Origin: Candidatus Eiseniibacteriota bacterium
GTDB lineage: Bacteria; Eisenbacteria; RBG-16-71-46
Assembly (NCBI GenBank): GCA_963744995.1
Contig: CAVUWA010000010.1
Location: forward strand, 416,001-480,000
Length of the DNA stretch: 64,000 nt
Direction of reading: 5' to 3'
A program made the position numbers and the translations under genes. Shown one piece after another: positions 33,364-42,601 of the stretch. The notes under the pieces were generated by a model. It made no database searches, was not told where the DNA came from, and saw nothing but the letters and a program-made list of their open reading frames with translations. Every line of letters begins with the position of its first letter. Position 1 is the first letter of the stretch.

Positions 33364-35103
33364 ATGATCCCCATCAAGCTTCTGCCCGCGTTCGCTGCGC
33401 TGCTCGCAGCTTCCCCGTCCGTGTTCACTACGGCGATGCCCGGCACCGCGATGGCGGAGTCCGTGCAGGCCGTGACGGACACGACCATTCTCGCCAGGGT
33501 CAACGATCGCCCGATCACCGTTCTCACGTTCCGCCAGTCCTACTACGCCACTCCGAACAGCGATCGCCCCGCTTCCGACAGTCTCGGGCGGGTCGAATAC
33601 CTGAACTCGCTGGTGACCAAGGAGGTGCTCGGCATCTCCGCCCTGGCTATCCATCGCCCTCTCGACTTCACGGATCGCAGCAAGCTGCGCCAGGAGCGCG
33701 ACGAGGTGCTTGCGAACACGCTCTACCAGCGAATGGTCGAGGACTCGGTCCGCGTCACCGAACAGGACATCCGCGCGGCGCACGCCCAGTTCGATCGCGA
33801 CTTGCGCCTGCGGGAAATGCGTTTCATGGATCGCACGACCGCGGAGACCGTCAGGCGCGAGCTGATCGCCGGCACCACCACCTGGGAGGACGCGGCCAGG
33901 ACCAGGGCGATCCAGGCGATGGACCCCGTGTGGGTCAAGCGCAAGGATGTGACGACCCTGTTCGCACTGAGGGTATTCGACCTGATGCCGGGCCAGGTGT
34001 CGAGGGTGATCGCCGACGGGGACGGGGTCCATCTCTACCAGGTTCTCGAGCGCCGGAGCGTCGATCCTCCCGCGTACGTGGGGCTGCGCCGGTACCTTCT
34101 GATCCAGTTGCGCAGCGCGAAGTCGGTGCCCTACGTCGAGCAGCTCAACGACCGGATCCGCAAGGAGATGGGCGTCGTCTACGACACCGCGAACGTGCGG
34201 TGGGTGGCGAGCCACGTGGGCGACACGCGGGGTGTCAAGCCCGGCGAGGGCGGGGCGACGATCGAAGTGACACCGACGCTGCCCGATTTCAGCCCCGGCG
34301 ACCTCAAGCGCGTGCTCGTCCGCTGGAACGACGGCCAGATCACTCTGGGCGAGATGTTGCCCAAGTACTCCTCGCGCTCGCCGTTCCTGCGCGGCAGCCT
34401 GAATTCCTTCGAGGCCGTGCGCACCGAACTCGATGGGATGATCTTCGGGCCGACCATGGCGCGCATGGCGGAGCGCATGGGCATGGAGAGCGATTCCGTC
34501 GCTCAGGCCATCCTTCAGCGCAAGACCGAGGGCATTCGGGTCGAGCACCTGTTCCGCGATTCGGTGGAGTCGAAGGTGCGGCCGACCGAAGCGGAGATTC
34601 GCGCGTACTACGACCATCATCCCGAGTACTTCCACAGCGTGCCCCGTGTCCGCTGGGCCGGCATTCCGCGTGCAACCCGCAAGGAGGCCGTGGAGGTCTA
34701 CGAACGCCTGCGTGCGGGAGAACATCCTGCCGCCATCCTGCTCGCCGATTCCCTGGCGGGCCGGCCCGTGGGCTCGATCCAGGTACGGGCCGCGAACGAA
34801 CACGGTCCCTATCAGCGGGAGTTGTTCGAAGAGATGGTCCCGGGCGAAGTGAAGATCGTCGGCCCGCACAGCGACGGGTCGTACGCCGTTCTCAAGCTCC
34901 TGGCCCGCTACCCCTCCGTGCGGATGCCGTACGATCAGGTCCAGACGGAGGTCGCCAATGTGGTGCGCAGCGCTCAGACCGAGGCGAGACTTCAGGCGCT
35001 GGTCCATCGTCTTTCCCGGGGGATGAAGATCATCAAGCGCCCCGAGCTGCTGATGCGGATGAACCTCACCGACCCGTCCAACGAGATCCACGTGGACGAC
35101 TGA
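33364..35103 (+). CDS. SurA/PpiC-like secreted foldase with two parvulin-like repeats
   Basis: Signal peptide; ILARVNDRPIT; EIRAYYDHHPEYF...PRVR; upstream TTGACC-18-TATCCT. Confidence 0.7.
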   Translation: MIPIKLLPAFAALLAASPSVFTTAMPGTAMAESVQAVTDTTILARVNDRPITVLTFRQSYYATPNSDRPASDSLGRVEYLNSLVTKEVLGISALAIHRPLDFTDRSKLRQERDEVLANTLYQRMVEDSVRVTEQDIRAAHAQFDRDLRLREMRFMDRTTAETVRRELIAGTTTWEDAARTRAIQAMDPVWVKRKDVTTLFALRVFDLMPGQVSRVIADGDGVHLYQVLERRSVDPPAYVGLRRYLLIQLRSAKSVPYVEQLNDRIRKEMGVVYDTANVRWVASHVGDTRGVKPGEGGATIEVTPTLPDFSPGDLKRVLVRWNDGQITLGEMLPKYSSRSPFLRGSLNSFEAVRTELDGMIFGPTMARMAERMGMESDSVAQAILQRKTEGIRVEHLFRDSVESKVRPTEAEIRAYYDHHPEYFHSVPRVRWAGIPRATRKEAVEVYERLRAGEHPAAILLADSLAGRPVGSIQVRAANEHGPYQRELFEEMVPGEVKIVGPHSDGSYAVLKLLARYPSVRMPYDQVQTEVANVVRSAQTEARLQALVHRLSRGMKIIKRPELLMRMNLTDPSNEIHVDD

Positions 35104-35127
35104 CGCCCGCCGCACGGGCGATGCGCG

Positions 35128-35853
35128 TCAGTCGGAGCGGTCTCCCGCCGGAGGCTCGAGCCGCGGATTCCAGAACACGGCCGACGACGACTCGGGGCCG
35201 AACTCGAGCGTGCCCCCGTCGAGCAATTCGAATCGTACGCGCTCGACGGCGATCCGAACCGCCTGGGCACAGCCGCCCAGATGAGGTCGCTTCTCCAGGA
35301 TGCGGATGCGGGCCACGCAATTCTGTTCTTCCGGCGTGATCGGGATGCTCTGCTCCGACGGGATCGCGTACTCGAGCTGCAGCTCCGACGTCGCTCCGGC
35401 GAGGTCGTACCGCACGGCCCCCGACCCCGCAGCCCGCCACGGCTGCGGACATCCCATCGTCAAACCAAGGTCGAATTCGATGAACATGCTGCGCTCGTTC
35501 GCGTGCCCGCTCTTGAAATCCCAGAACGGACCGAGCGAGTCCGGACCCTCCGCCGAGAAGTGAAGGGTGGCGCTCATCGCGATCACGTTCGGCAGGTCCA
35601 GGGGCGTGAAAACGGACACGTAGAGCGTGTCGATGCGCTCGGAATCGTCACAGGCCGTGCGCAGCGTATCCGTGGCCCCCGGGACCCCGCGTGGTGCATG
35701 CCACGACAGGAACATCCTGCCCTGCTGCGGTGACGGGCGTTGCGCCGACGTCCCGCGCGAAGCGGTGATCGGAGCCGCGCAGGCCCCACCCGCGAGCACC
35801 GCCACGGCCAGCAGCACGACCTGGCGCAGCGTGTTCGCCAGCCGCTTCCGCAC
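35128..35853 (-). CDS. Cys-rich secreted protein, divergent paralog 3, without the TWG tail; possible lipoprotein
   Basis: GGAGG RBS before GTG 35853; LSW...TAC...LGPFWDF...GCPQPW...GGC...VFWN. Confidence 0.6.
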   Translation of the reverse strand: MRKRLANTLRQVVLLAVAVLAGGACAAPITASRGTSAQRPSPQQGRMFLSWHAPRGVPGATDTLRTACDDSERIDTLYVSVFTPLDLPNVIAMSATLHFSAEGPDSLGPFWDFKSGHANERSMFIEFDLGLTMGCPQPWRAAGSGAVRYDLAGATSELQLEYAIPSEQSIPITPEEQNCVARIRILEKRPHLGGCAQAVRIAVERVRFELLDGGTLEFGPESSSAVFWNPRLEPPAGDRSD

Positions 35854-35947
35854 CCGGAACCCTCCGGATCCCATTCCGGCCGGGGGCGCCGGGCACTCCA
35901 CGATGAGTTGTGTCCTCACGTGCGTCACCCTCCAGAAGGCAGCAGCA

Positions 35948-35979
35948 CCGCGGCCACCCTCGGAGGAGGGTGGCCGCGG
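35948..35979 (-). terminator. 14-bp perfect hairpin downstream of paralog 4
   Basis: CCGCGGCCACCCTC-ggag-GAGGGTGGCCGCGG. Confidence 0.6.
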
Positions 35980-36021
35980 GTGAATCGTCTCAGGTGAGAT
36001 ATCGACCACTGGCCGGATGGC

Positions 36022-36759
36022 TCAACGATAGAGCGACTTCACACTGCCCCACGTCCGCGGGGCCACGGGCACGCTCTGACACGTGGAGTTCGTGGCACTC
36101 TGCCAGGTCGCGCAGGGCTGGGAGCCGGCTTCATCCGAGGACACGGTGACGGCCTGCCCCGTCGTCGGGGAAAGAATGATGCTGTTCAGCACGATTGCCA
36201 CCGGCGTGGCACAACCCGCACAACTCGAGGTGGCAGCGTTGGTGATCTGCCAGATCCACGCGAAGTAGTTCGTGCCCGCCTGCAGCGAGAACGGGTTGGA
36301 CGCCCCACGTGCGATGGCGAACACGGCGCGCGCACGATTCCCGTCCCCCCCGAAGCCGATGAGATAGCCGGTGAACAGACCGGTGGCCGAGGCCCCGCCG
36401 TCCCACGTGTCGGCGCAACTGGCGCCGAAGTTGGGAAGATTGTTCACGTCGATGTTGATGCTGGCGGCGGTCTGACGGCAGGCGCCGGCATTCTTGAAAT
36501 CCCACCATGCCGGAATCGCCGACGCCTCGGACGCGAGGTCGATGGTGCCGTCGATCGACACGAAGTTTGCGATCGCGGACGGTGACACGTAGCTGGCTAC
36601 CAGGCGGTTCACGCCGCCGTCGCTGGCGCACGCCGAGGTCCGGTCCATGGCACCGCCATCGGCCAGACAGTCGTTCCAGGCCAGGAACACGTCAGCGCTC
36701 GCGACATTGGAGAGCAGCGTCATCAGCGCGGTCAGCAGGAGTAGCGAAGCGAATCTCAT
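36022..36759 (-). CDS. Cys-rich secreted protein, paralog 4, ending TWGSVKSLYR
   Basis: Signal peptide; GGAGG RBS; close similarity to 37167..37895. Confidence 0.85.
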   Translation of the reverse strand: MRFASLLLLTALMTLLSNVASADVFLAWNDCLADGGAMDRTSACASDGGVNRLVASYVSPSAIANFVSIDGTIDLASEASAIPAWWDFKNAGACRQTAASINIDVNNLPNFGASCADTWDGGASATGLFTGYLIGFGGDGNRARAVFAIARGASNPFSLQAGTNYFAWIWQITNAATSSCAGCATPVAIVLNSIILSPTTGQAVTVSSDEAGSQPCATWQSATNSTCQSVPVAPRTWGSVKSLYR

Positions 36760-37085
36760 GGGGATCCTCCGTGATCAGATGAGTTCGATCTGCGCCTGCC
36801 GCACTGGCAGGGAGACCTCTGGCGCACCACACCCCTGTCCCTGGGGGCAAGCAGGGCGGCTCCACGGATTCTCACCCAACCGAAGGATGAACCGCAACAC
36901 GAAAAAAGAAGCCGTGGCGGCACTGCCGCGGCGGGACTGCCGACCCGTGGCGGTGAACGCCCCCGCCCGCTCGCTCCGTCCCACGCAGCGGCTATCTGAT
37001 TTGCGGCCAGCCGATTCATGCCGCCGACAGGCCCGATCGTACCCGCCCGGGCGGAGGCTGCGGGGCCGCCGGACGCCCGACCCGC

Positions 37086-37123
37086 AAAAGACCAGGGCGG
37101 CCGTCCTTGCGGACGACCGCCCT
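37086..37123 (-). terminator. Intrinsic terminator after paralog 5
   Basis: AGGGCGGCCGTCC/GGACGACCGCCCT stem followed by a T-run on the minus strand. Confidence 0.6.
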
Positions 37124-37166
37124 TCGGTCACTACTTCATCGGCTGCCGTGGAAACGGCGGCGCGAT

Positions 37167-37895
37167 TTAGCGATACATCGCCTTGACCTTGCCCCACGTG
37201 GTGGCCTGGGTCGGGGTCGCGTTGCATGAACCGCCATTCCAGCTGACGCAGGACTCGCCGTCATCCGGGGACGCGGAGAGCACCACAGGAGCCACCGAGC
37301 TCACGCCGCTGAGCGTCATGGTCGGCGACCAGATGGCCACAGGATCAGAGCAGCCCGCGCAGCTCGACGTGTTGACGTTGATGATCTGCCAGTACCACCC
37401 GAAGTAGTTCGTGCCCTGCGCGATCGCGGTGGGGTTCGAGGCCCCGCGAGCGATCGCAAACACTGCACGCGCGCGATCGGGCGCACCGTAGCCGAGCGCA
37501 TAGCCCGTGAACAGACCCGTCGCCGAGGCTCCGCCATCCCACGTGTCAGCGCAGGTGAAGGAGTTCGGGAGGTTGAACACGTTGATGCCGATGCTGGCGG
37601 CGGTCTGACGGCAGGCGCCGACGTTCTTCAGATCCCACCAGGGCGGCATCGGACCGATGTCGTCCTGCAGGTCGATCGTGCCGTCGATGGCGACGAAGTC
37701 AGGAATCGACGCCGTCGGCGTGTAGCTGACCACCAAGCGACCGGCGAGACCGCCGTCGCTGGTGCACGCCGAGGTCTTCGAAGCGGCGCCACCGTCGATC
37801 TTGCAATCGTTCCAGGCGACCTGGATATCAGCCGCCGCGGCAGCCGTGGCGGAGAGTGCAAGCAACGCGGTGCAGACAAGGAGAATCTTCTTCAT
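37167..37895 (-). CDS. Cys-rich secreted protein, paralog 5, ending TWGKVKAMYR
   Basis: MKKILL signal peptide; GGAGG RBS. Confidence 0.88.
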   Translation of the reverse strand: MKKILLVCTALLALSATAAAAADIQVAWNDCKIDGGAASKTSACTSDGGLAGRLVVSYTPTASIPDFVAIDGTIDLQDDIGPMPPWWDLKNVGACRQTAASIGINVFNLPNSFTCADTWDGGASATGLFTGYALGYGAPDRARAVFAIARGASNPTAIAQGTNYFGWYWQIINVNTSSCAGCSDPVAIWSPTMTLSGVSSVAPVVLSASPDDGESCVSWNGGSCNATPTQATTWGKVKAMYR

Positions 37896-38074
37896 TGTTG
37901 CCTCCACGAGACGTTTTCACCCACATGAAGCGGGGGACAGGGGGAAATCCGATTTCTAGTGCCGTTTCCGTTGCAGAGCCACACTTGTTCGCGAGTCACC
38001 ACCTCCTGGCTGCGAGTGGGAGGAAAAGGGTTGCCGGACACTGCTGCGACCCGCGTCCATGGTCGAAGTCGGGA

Positions 38075-38770
38075 TTACGGGCAGTACGATCCGGAGACGC
38101 AGCCCAGTCCCGAACCATTCCCAAGCGCCGAGGCGCCGAGGCGATCGCTGAACACGCTCAGATCAAGACCGCTGTTCGTCGTGTCGTAGTTGTAATCGGA
38201 ACGCGCACGATAGGTCGCGAACAGCGCGGCCGAACCAAGGTCGTCGCTGAAGAACGCGAGGTCCTGGGCGTTGTGGCCGTTGCCGCCCGAGGCGCCGTTC
38301 TGGTCGAGCACGGCGGCGACATGCACGTGACCGAGATTGATACCGTCGGCGAAAATCGACACCGCGTCCAGGCCGGAACCCGGAGCCGCGAGGCCACCGG
38401 TCGCGCCGGCGTTGTTCGAAGCACCGATCACCGTGATCGTCGCCGTGCCCGTCATGTCCGTGGTGGCACGCACCGTCTGCGTGACGCAGTCCACGATCTG
38501 ACCCGCCACGGCGTCCGAGCAGAGGAACACATCGCTCGCACCCGAGACGTCCACGACGACGCTCGAGTTCGCGATCGGATTGCCGCCGAGATCATTCACG
38601 ATGACCGTGAAGGTCCCGTAGGAATCCACGCCACCCGCATTCATGCCGACGATGGTGATGTTCGTGGGAATCGTCGACTGCGCGGCGTCGGGAACCGAGG
38701 CCATCGCAGCACCTGCCAGAAGAAGGCCGCACGCGCTGAAGAGCGTGGCCTTGCGAACCAAACCAGTCAT
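38075..38770 (-). CDS. Secreted Ig-like protein with a duplicated dockerin/EF-hand-like C-terminus
   Basis: Signal peptide; repeats DQNG...NAQDLAFFSDDLG and DYNYDTTNSGLDLSVFSDRLG; GGAGGT RBS. Confidence 0.65.
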   Translation of the reverse strand: MTGLVRKATLFSACGLLLAGAAMASVPDAAQSTIPTNITIVGMNAGGVDSYGTFTVIVNDLGGNPIANSSVVVDVSGASDVFLCSDAVAGQIVDCVTQTVRATTDMTGTATITVIGASNNAGATGGLAAPGSGLDAVSIFADGINLGHVHVAAVLDQNGASGGNGHNAQDLAFFSDDLGSAALFATYRARSDYNYDTTNSGLDLSVFSDRLGASALGNGSGLGCVSGSYCP

Positions 38771-38941
38771 TGTTGCACCTCCATAGATGGGTCACCCCTG
38801 TTGCTGAATCAATGCAAGGCTCAGTTGCAAGCAGTCGGCTCTGGCTGCGTGCCACCTCCTTTCAGTGCATTCATCGCAAAGCCGTCAAGGTGGTCGCGCG
38901 AGGGTAATTGTCGCGCTTACAAGGTCTTCCAAGACGGGAAA

Positions 38942-38971
38942 AGTCTAGGAGCCCGGTTCACACGATGTCAA
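38942..38971 (-). promoter_or_regulatory. sigma70-type promoter for the 38770 gene, giving a long 5' UTR
   Basis: TTGACA-18-TAGACT on the minus strand. Confidence 0.6.
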
Positions 38972-39097
38972 GGAGCTTTTTACTCCCAATCCTCGCGAGG
39001 ACTTCCTCTTACGCGACTTTCCGACCGTCCGGCCGCCGGAGACCCTAACCCCGACCGCATAACGGCCCGTTTGCCGCCAGGTTAACAAGTTCCACGG

Positions 39098-39173
39098 TGG
39101 TGGGCGAAACAGGTCTCGAACCTGTGACCTCTTGCTTGTAAGGCAAGCGCTCTACCAGCTGAGCTATTCGCCC
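39098..39173 (-). tRNA. tRNA-Val(TAC)
   Basis: GGGCGAATAGCTCAG...CTTGC-CTTACAA-GCAAG...GGTTCGAGACC...CCA. Confidence 0.95.
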
Positions 39174-39406
39174 GAAGCGCGCTTCCGGCCCCTGACGAGG
39201 AGCGAAGCCGGGATCAGAACGCAGTACCCGCAGACGAGAAGTACGGGCGCGAGGGTGACGGATCGCCGGGACAGGGCCACATAACCGATTGCGATGACGG
39301 CTACTCCGAGGGCGAGCAGGAGGCTGTTCAACGGCCCCCAATCGAACCCCAGATCGGCCTCTGGCACCTTGCGGCTGCCACGTCTCGAGGTCTTCGGTGC
39401 GCTCAT
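39164..39406 (-). CDS. Small two-TM membrane protein (DUF3098-like)
   Basis: Basic N-terminus; N..LLALG...IGY...TLAPVLLVCGY. Confidence 0.65.
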   Translation of the reverse strand: MSAPKTSRRGSRKVPEADLGFDWGPLNSLLLALGVAVIAIGYVALSRRSVTLAPVLLVCGYCVLIPASLLVRGRKRASGE

Positions 39407-39642
39407 CCTTCGACTCCCTCCCGTCCCCGACCGGAACACGAATACCGATGGCTTCGGGCGCTGGAGAGCCCGGGGAGACCACCGTCATGACCGGTGCCGA
39501 TCGAGGCCCGGGCATGCGGGATCTCAGCGAAGATCACCAGCCTGCCGCCGCCTCCGTGGGGCGTGAAAGGTGATACCCCCGGGGCCCTCGGACCGGTTCC
39601 GATTTTCTGGGGCAACGACCCCGGGGCTGCCGGGGGTGAATG

Positions 39643-40527
39643 TCATGGGCGTCCCGGCCCGCCTGGGCCGGCGATGTCGTCGTTGAGGCTCCCCGAGCGA
39701 AAGCCCTCGAGGTCGAGCGTGATCCGCCGGTATCCCAGCGCCTTGAGGCCCTCCACCACGCGCCGCCGCACGGCCGGATCGCCGAAGCGGCCGATCTCGG
39801 CGGCCGGGACCTCGATACGGGCCGTGGTGTCGTGGTGTCGCACGCGCAGCTCGCGGAACCCGAGCTCGCGCAGCAGCGCTTCGGCCGCTTCCACCATGTG
39901 CAGCACCTCCCGGGTGATCTCGGTGCCATAGGGAATCCGCGACGCCAGGCATGGCGAGGCGGGCTTGTCGCGGCTCGCGAGCCCGAAGTGCGCGGCCGCG
40001 GCGCGGACGTCGGCCTTGGTGAAACCGATCTCGGCGAGCGGCGAACGCACGCCGCGCTCGCCCGCCGCACGCCGGCCGGGACGCCAGTCGGCGACATCGT
40101 CGGCGATGGTGCCGTCGACGATCACCGCGCCACGGGTCGCGGCCACGGCCTGCAACTCGCCATAGAGCTGGCTCTTACAGTGGTAGCAGCGGGTCGTCGG
40201 ATTGGCGCGGAAGCGCGGGTCCGCGAGCTCACCGGTCGTGACGATCTCGATCTTCGCGCCGAACGCAGCCGCCTGTTCGAGCGCCAGCTCGAGCTCGCGC
40301 CGCGCGTAGGAATCCGAGCGGCCGATCACGCCGAGGGCCCGCTCGCCGAGCACCTCGTGCGCCACGCGCAGCAGCAGGCTCGAGTCCACGCCGCCGGAAT
40401 ACGCGACGATCACGTCGCCCATCGCGCGGATCGTCTCGGTCAGCGCGTCCAGCCGCTCCCGCCAGGGGCGGTCGTCGTCGGGCCGCCTCGGCGGATCGCC
40501 GATCTGGATGAGGCTCGCATGCGTCAT
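39643..40527 (-). CDS. larE: LarE-family ATP-dependent sulfur transferase
   Basis: AYSGGVDS PP-loop, RCYHCK, RPG, PCLASRIPYG, RVRHH, GFRSGSLN. Confidence 0.9.
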   Translation of the reverse strand: MTHASLIQIGDPPRRPDDDRPWRERLDALTETIRAMGDVIVAYSGGVDSSLLLRVAHEVLGERALGVIGRSDSYARRELELALEQAAAFGAKIEIVTTGELADPRFRANPTTRCYHCKSQLYGELQAVAATRGAVIVDGTIADDVADWRPGRRAAGERGVRSPLAEIGFTKADVRAAAAHFGLASRDKPASPCLASRIPYGTEITREVLHMVEAAEALLRELGFRELRVRHHDTTARIEVPAAEIGRFGDPAVRRRVVEGLKALGYRRITLDLEGFRSGSLNDDIAGPGGPGRP

Positions 40528-40592
40528 GGGCCCGCGACGTTATCACACGCTGCGCAGCACCGGACAGCCGGACGCACGGGCGGGCAGCCGCC

Positions 40593-41657
40593 TCAACCCT
40601 CGCCGGCCGAGCCCGCCTCGGACGAATCCGGCCCGGGGCTGCGCACGCGGCGGATGTTGGCCAGGTGCTCGCGGTAGGTATCGGCGAAGATGTGGTGGCC
40701 GTGGCCGTCGGCGACGAAGAACAGCGCGTCCACGTGCGGCGCGGGGTTCAGCACCGCGCGGATGCTGGCTTTGCCGGGATTGCAGATCGGCCCGGGCGGC
40801 AGCCCCTCGTACATGTAGGTGTTGTAGGGCGAGTTGTTGCGCAGGTGGCTGAGATAGACGCGCGAGCCGGGGCGCCGGCCGAGCGCGTAGGCCACGGTCG
40901 GATCCGCCTGCAGCCGCATGCCTTTCTTCAGCCGGTTGATGTAGACGCTGGCGATGATCGGCCGCTCCGCATCGACCTGCGCTTCGGACTCGACGATCGA
41001 CGCCAGCGTGAGCACCTCGTGCAGGCTCATCTCGAGCGGCAGCGAGTCGCGACCGGCCGCCGCGGCCAGCAGCACTTCGCGCTGCCGCGCCGCCATGGTC
41101 CGCATCGCCACCTCCGGCGACGTGCCGGGCAGGAATTCGTACGTGTCCGGGGCGAGGTAGCCCTCGAGCGAGGGTGCGTCCACGCCGAGCGAGTCGAGGA
41201 ACGCGGGGTCATGGCCGAGCGAATCGAACGCCGAAGCCGAGACCCCGAGATGGTTCGAGAGCAGCAGGCTCACCTCGGTGAGCGTCAGCCCCTCCGGAAT
41301 CGTGACCAGGCTGAGCCCGCTCATGCCTTTCGCGAACGCACGCAGCAGCGCCGGCACGCTGGTGCCGAGGCGGAACGAGTACTGGCCGGCCTTGATCTGT
41401 CGGTCGAGCTTCATGAGCCTGGCGAGCACGTGAAAGCCGGTGGTGCCGTGAATCAGCCCGACGCGCTTGAGCTCGCGCGCCACCTCGCTGAGCGTCTGCC
41501 CGCGCCGCACCAGGATGACCCGCCGCTCGTCGGGCGGGAACGGTCCGGCCGGAACGAACAGATCCGCCGCCACCGCGAGCCCCGCCACCACCAGCAGCAG
41601 CAGCGCCCAGCGACCGGGGCTGAAGGTGCGGCGACGATGGCGTGGACGGGGGGACAC
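40593..41657 (-). CDS. mltG: Endolytic transglycosylase MltG
   Basis: TIPEG, LEGYLAPDTY, LASIVESE, LQADPT, SPYNTY, GLPPGPI. Confidence 0.95.
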   Translation of the reverse strand: MSPRPRHRRRTFSPGRWALLLLVVAGLAVAADLFVPAGPFPPDERRVILVRRGQTLSEVARELKRVGLIHGTTGFHVLARLMKLDRQIKAGQYSFRLGTSVPALLRAFAKGMSGLSLVTIPEGLTLTEVSLLLSNHLGVSASAFDSLGHDPAFLDSLGVDAPSLEGYLAPDTYEFLPGTSPEVAMRTMAARQREVLLAAAAGRDSLPLEMSLHEVLTLASIVESEAQVDAERPIIASVYINRLKKGMRLQADPTVAYALGRRPGSRVYLSHLRNNSPYNTYMYEGLPPGPICNPGKASIRAVLNPAPHVDALFFVADGHGHHIFADTYREHLANIRRVRSPGPDSSEAGSAGEG

Positions 41658-41660
41658 CGG

Positions 41661-42137
41661 TCATTCACTCCCGCGGTTTCGCGCACGCTGGCGCTGCAGA
41701 TAGGACTCGAGCAGCGCCACGGCGGCGCCGCGATCGACGGCTTCCTTCGGCGTGCGCCGGCGTGAGCGCGGGTGGCGTCCCCGCGAGCCCGCCGGCCGCG
41801 CGCCGTCGCGCGTCTCGCGCAGACGGCGTTCGCTGAGCGCCGACGTCAGGCGCTCGTCGTAGGTATCGACCGGCAGGCCGGTGCGCTCGCGCAGCCTGTT
41901 GGCGAACGCCTGTGCGGCTCGGGCCGCCTCGCCCGCCTCGCCCGAGAGCAGCAGCGGCATCCCGACTACCACGCGTTCCACACCCTCTGCGCGGATCAGC
42001 GCGTGGAGCCGCTCGAGGGCGTCCTTCCCGCCGCGCACGACGAGGGTCTCGAGCCCGGTCGCGATCGCGCCGGTGGGGTCGCTCACCGCGACGCCGATCC
42101 GCCGCGCGCCCCAGTCGACGGCGAGAATCCTGGCCAC
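41661..42137 (-). CDS. ruvX: YqgF/RuvX resolvase-like nuclease
   Basis: ILAVDWGARRIGVAVSD, VVGMP, DERLTS. Confidence 0.92.
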   Translation of the reverse strand: MARILAVDWGARRIGVAVSDPTGAIATGLETLVVRGGKDALERLHALIRAEGVERVVVGMPLLLSGEAGEAARAAQAFANRLRERTGLPVDTYDERLTSALSERRLRETRDGARPAGSRGRHPRSRRRTPKEAVDRGAAVALLESYLQRQRARNRGSE

Positions 42138-42141
42138 GCCC

Positions 42142-42591
42142 CTATCCCGACGTCGGAGCGGGCCGGTTCTTGACCATGTGACAGACGGTGCCGTCGCCGG
42201 TGAAGCGGAAGTCCACCGCGTCCATGCACGAGCGCATGATGAAGATGCCGCGGCCGCGCAGATCGAGCAGGTGCTCGGGCGAGGTGATGTCGCCGTTGAC
42301 TTCGTCGAGCTGGAAACCGGGGCCGCGGTCGTAGACGTCGACCTCCAGCCGGTCACCGTACAGGCGGAAGCGCACGTCCACCTCCTTCGACGGATCCCGC
42401 CGGTGGCCGTGCTGGATCGCGTTCGTGCCGGCTTCGATCACCGCCATCGTGACCTGTGACGAGGTCTCTTCGTCGAACTCCATCCGCTCGCACAGGGACT
42501 GCGCCACCCGATCGATGACGCCGAGCAACTCGAGCCGGCTCGGCATGCGCACGGAAACGACTTCCGGCGAGTTCGCAGTGGCGTCGGGCAT
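42142..42591 (-). CDS. RsbW-like anti-sigma factor / HATPase_c protein
   Basis: EAGTNAIQHG, DRGPGF, GRGIFIM. Confidence 0.85.
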   Translation of the reverse strand: MPDATANSPEVVSVRMPSRLELLGVIDRVAQSLCERMEFDEETSSQVTMAVIEAGTNAIQHGHRRDPSKEVDVRFRLYGDRLEVDVYDRGPGFQLDEVNGDITSPEHLLDLRGRGIFIMRSCMDAVDFRFTGDGTVCHMVKNRPAPTSG

Positions 42592-42601
42592 TCGGGATTC
42601 T

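Noticed and set aside
32400..39098. Somewhat lower-GC stretch next to the tRNA-Val 3' end as an integrated island
   Set aside because: No integrase and no duplicated tRNA 3' end seen; the content looks like native secreted-protein genes
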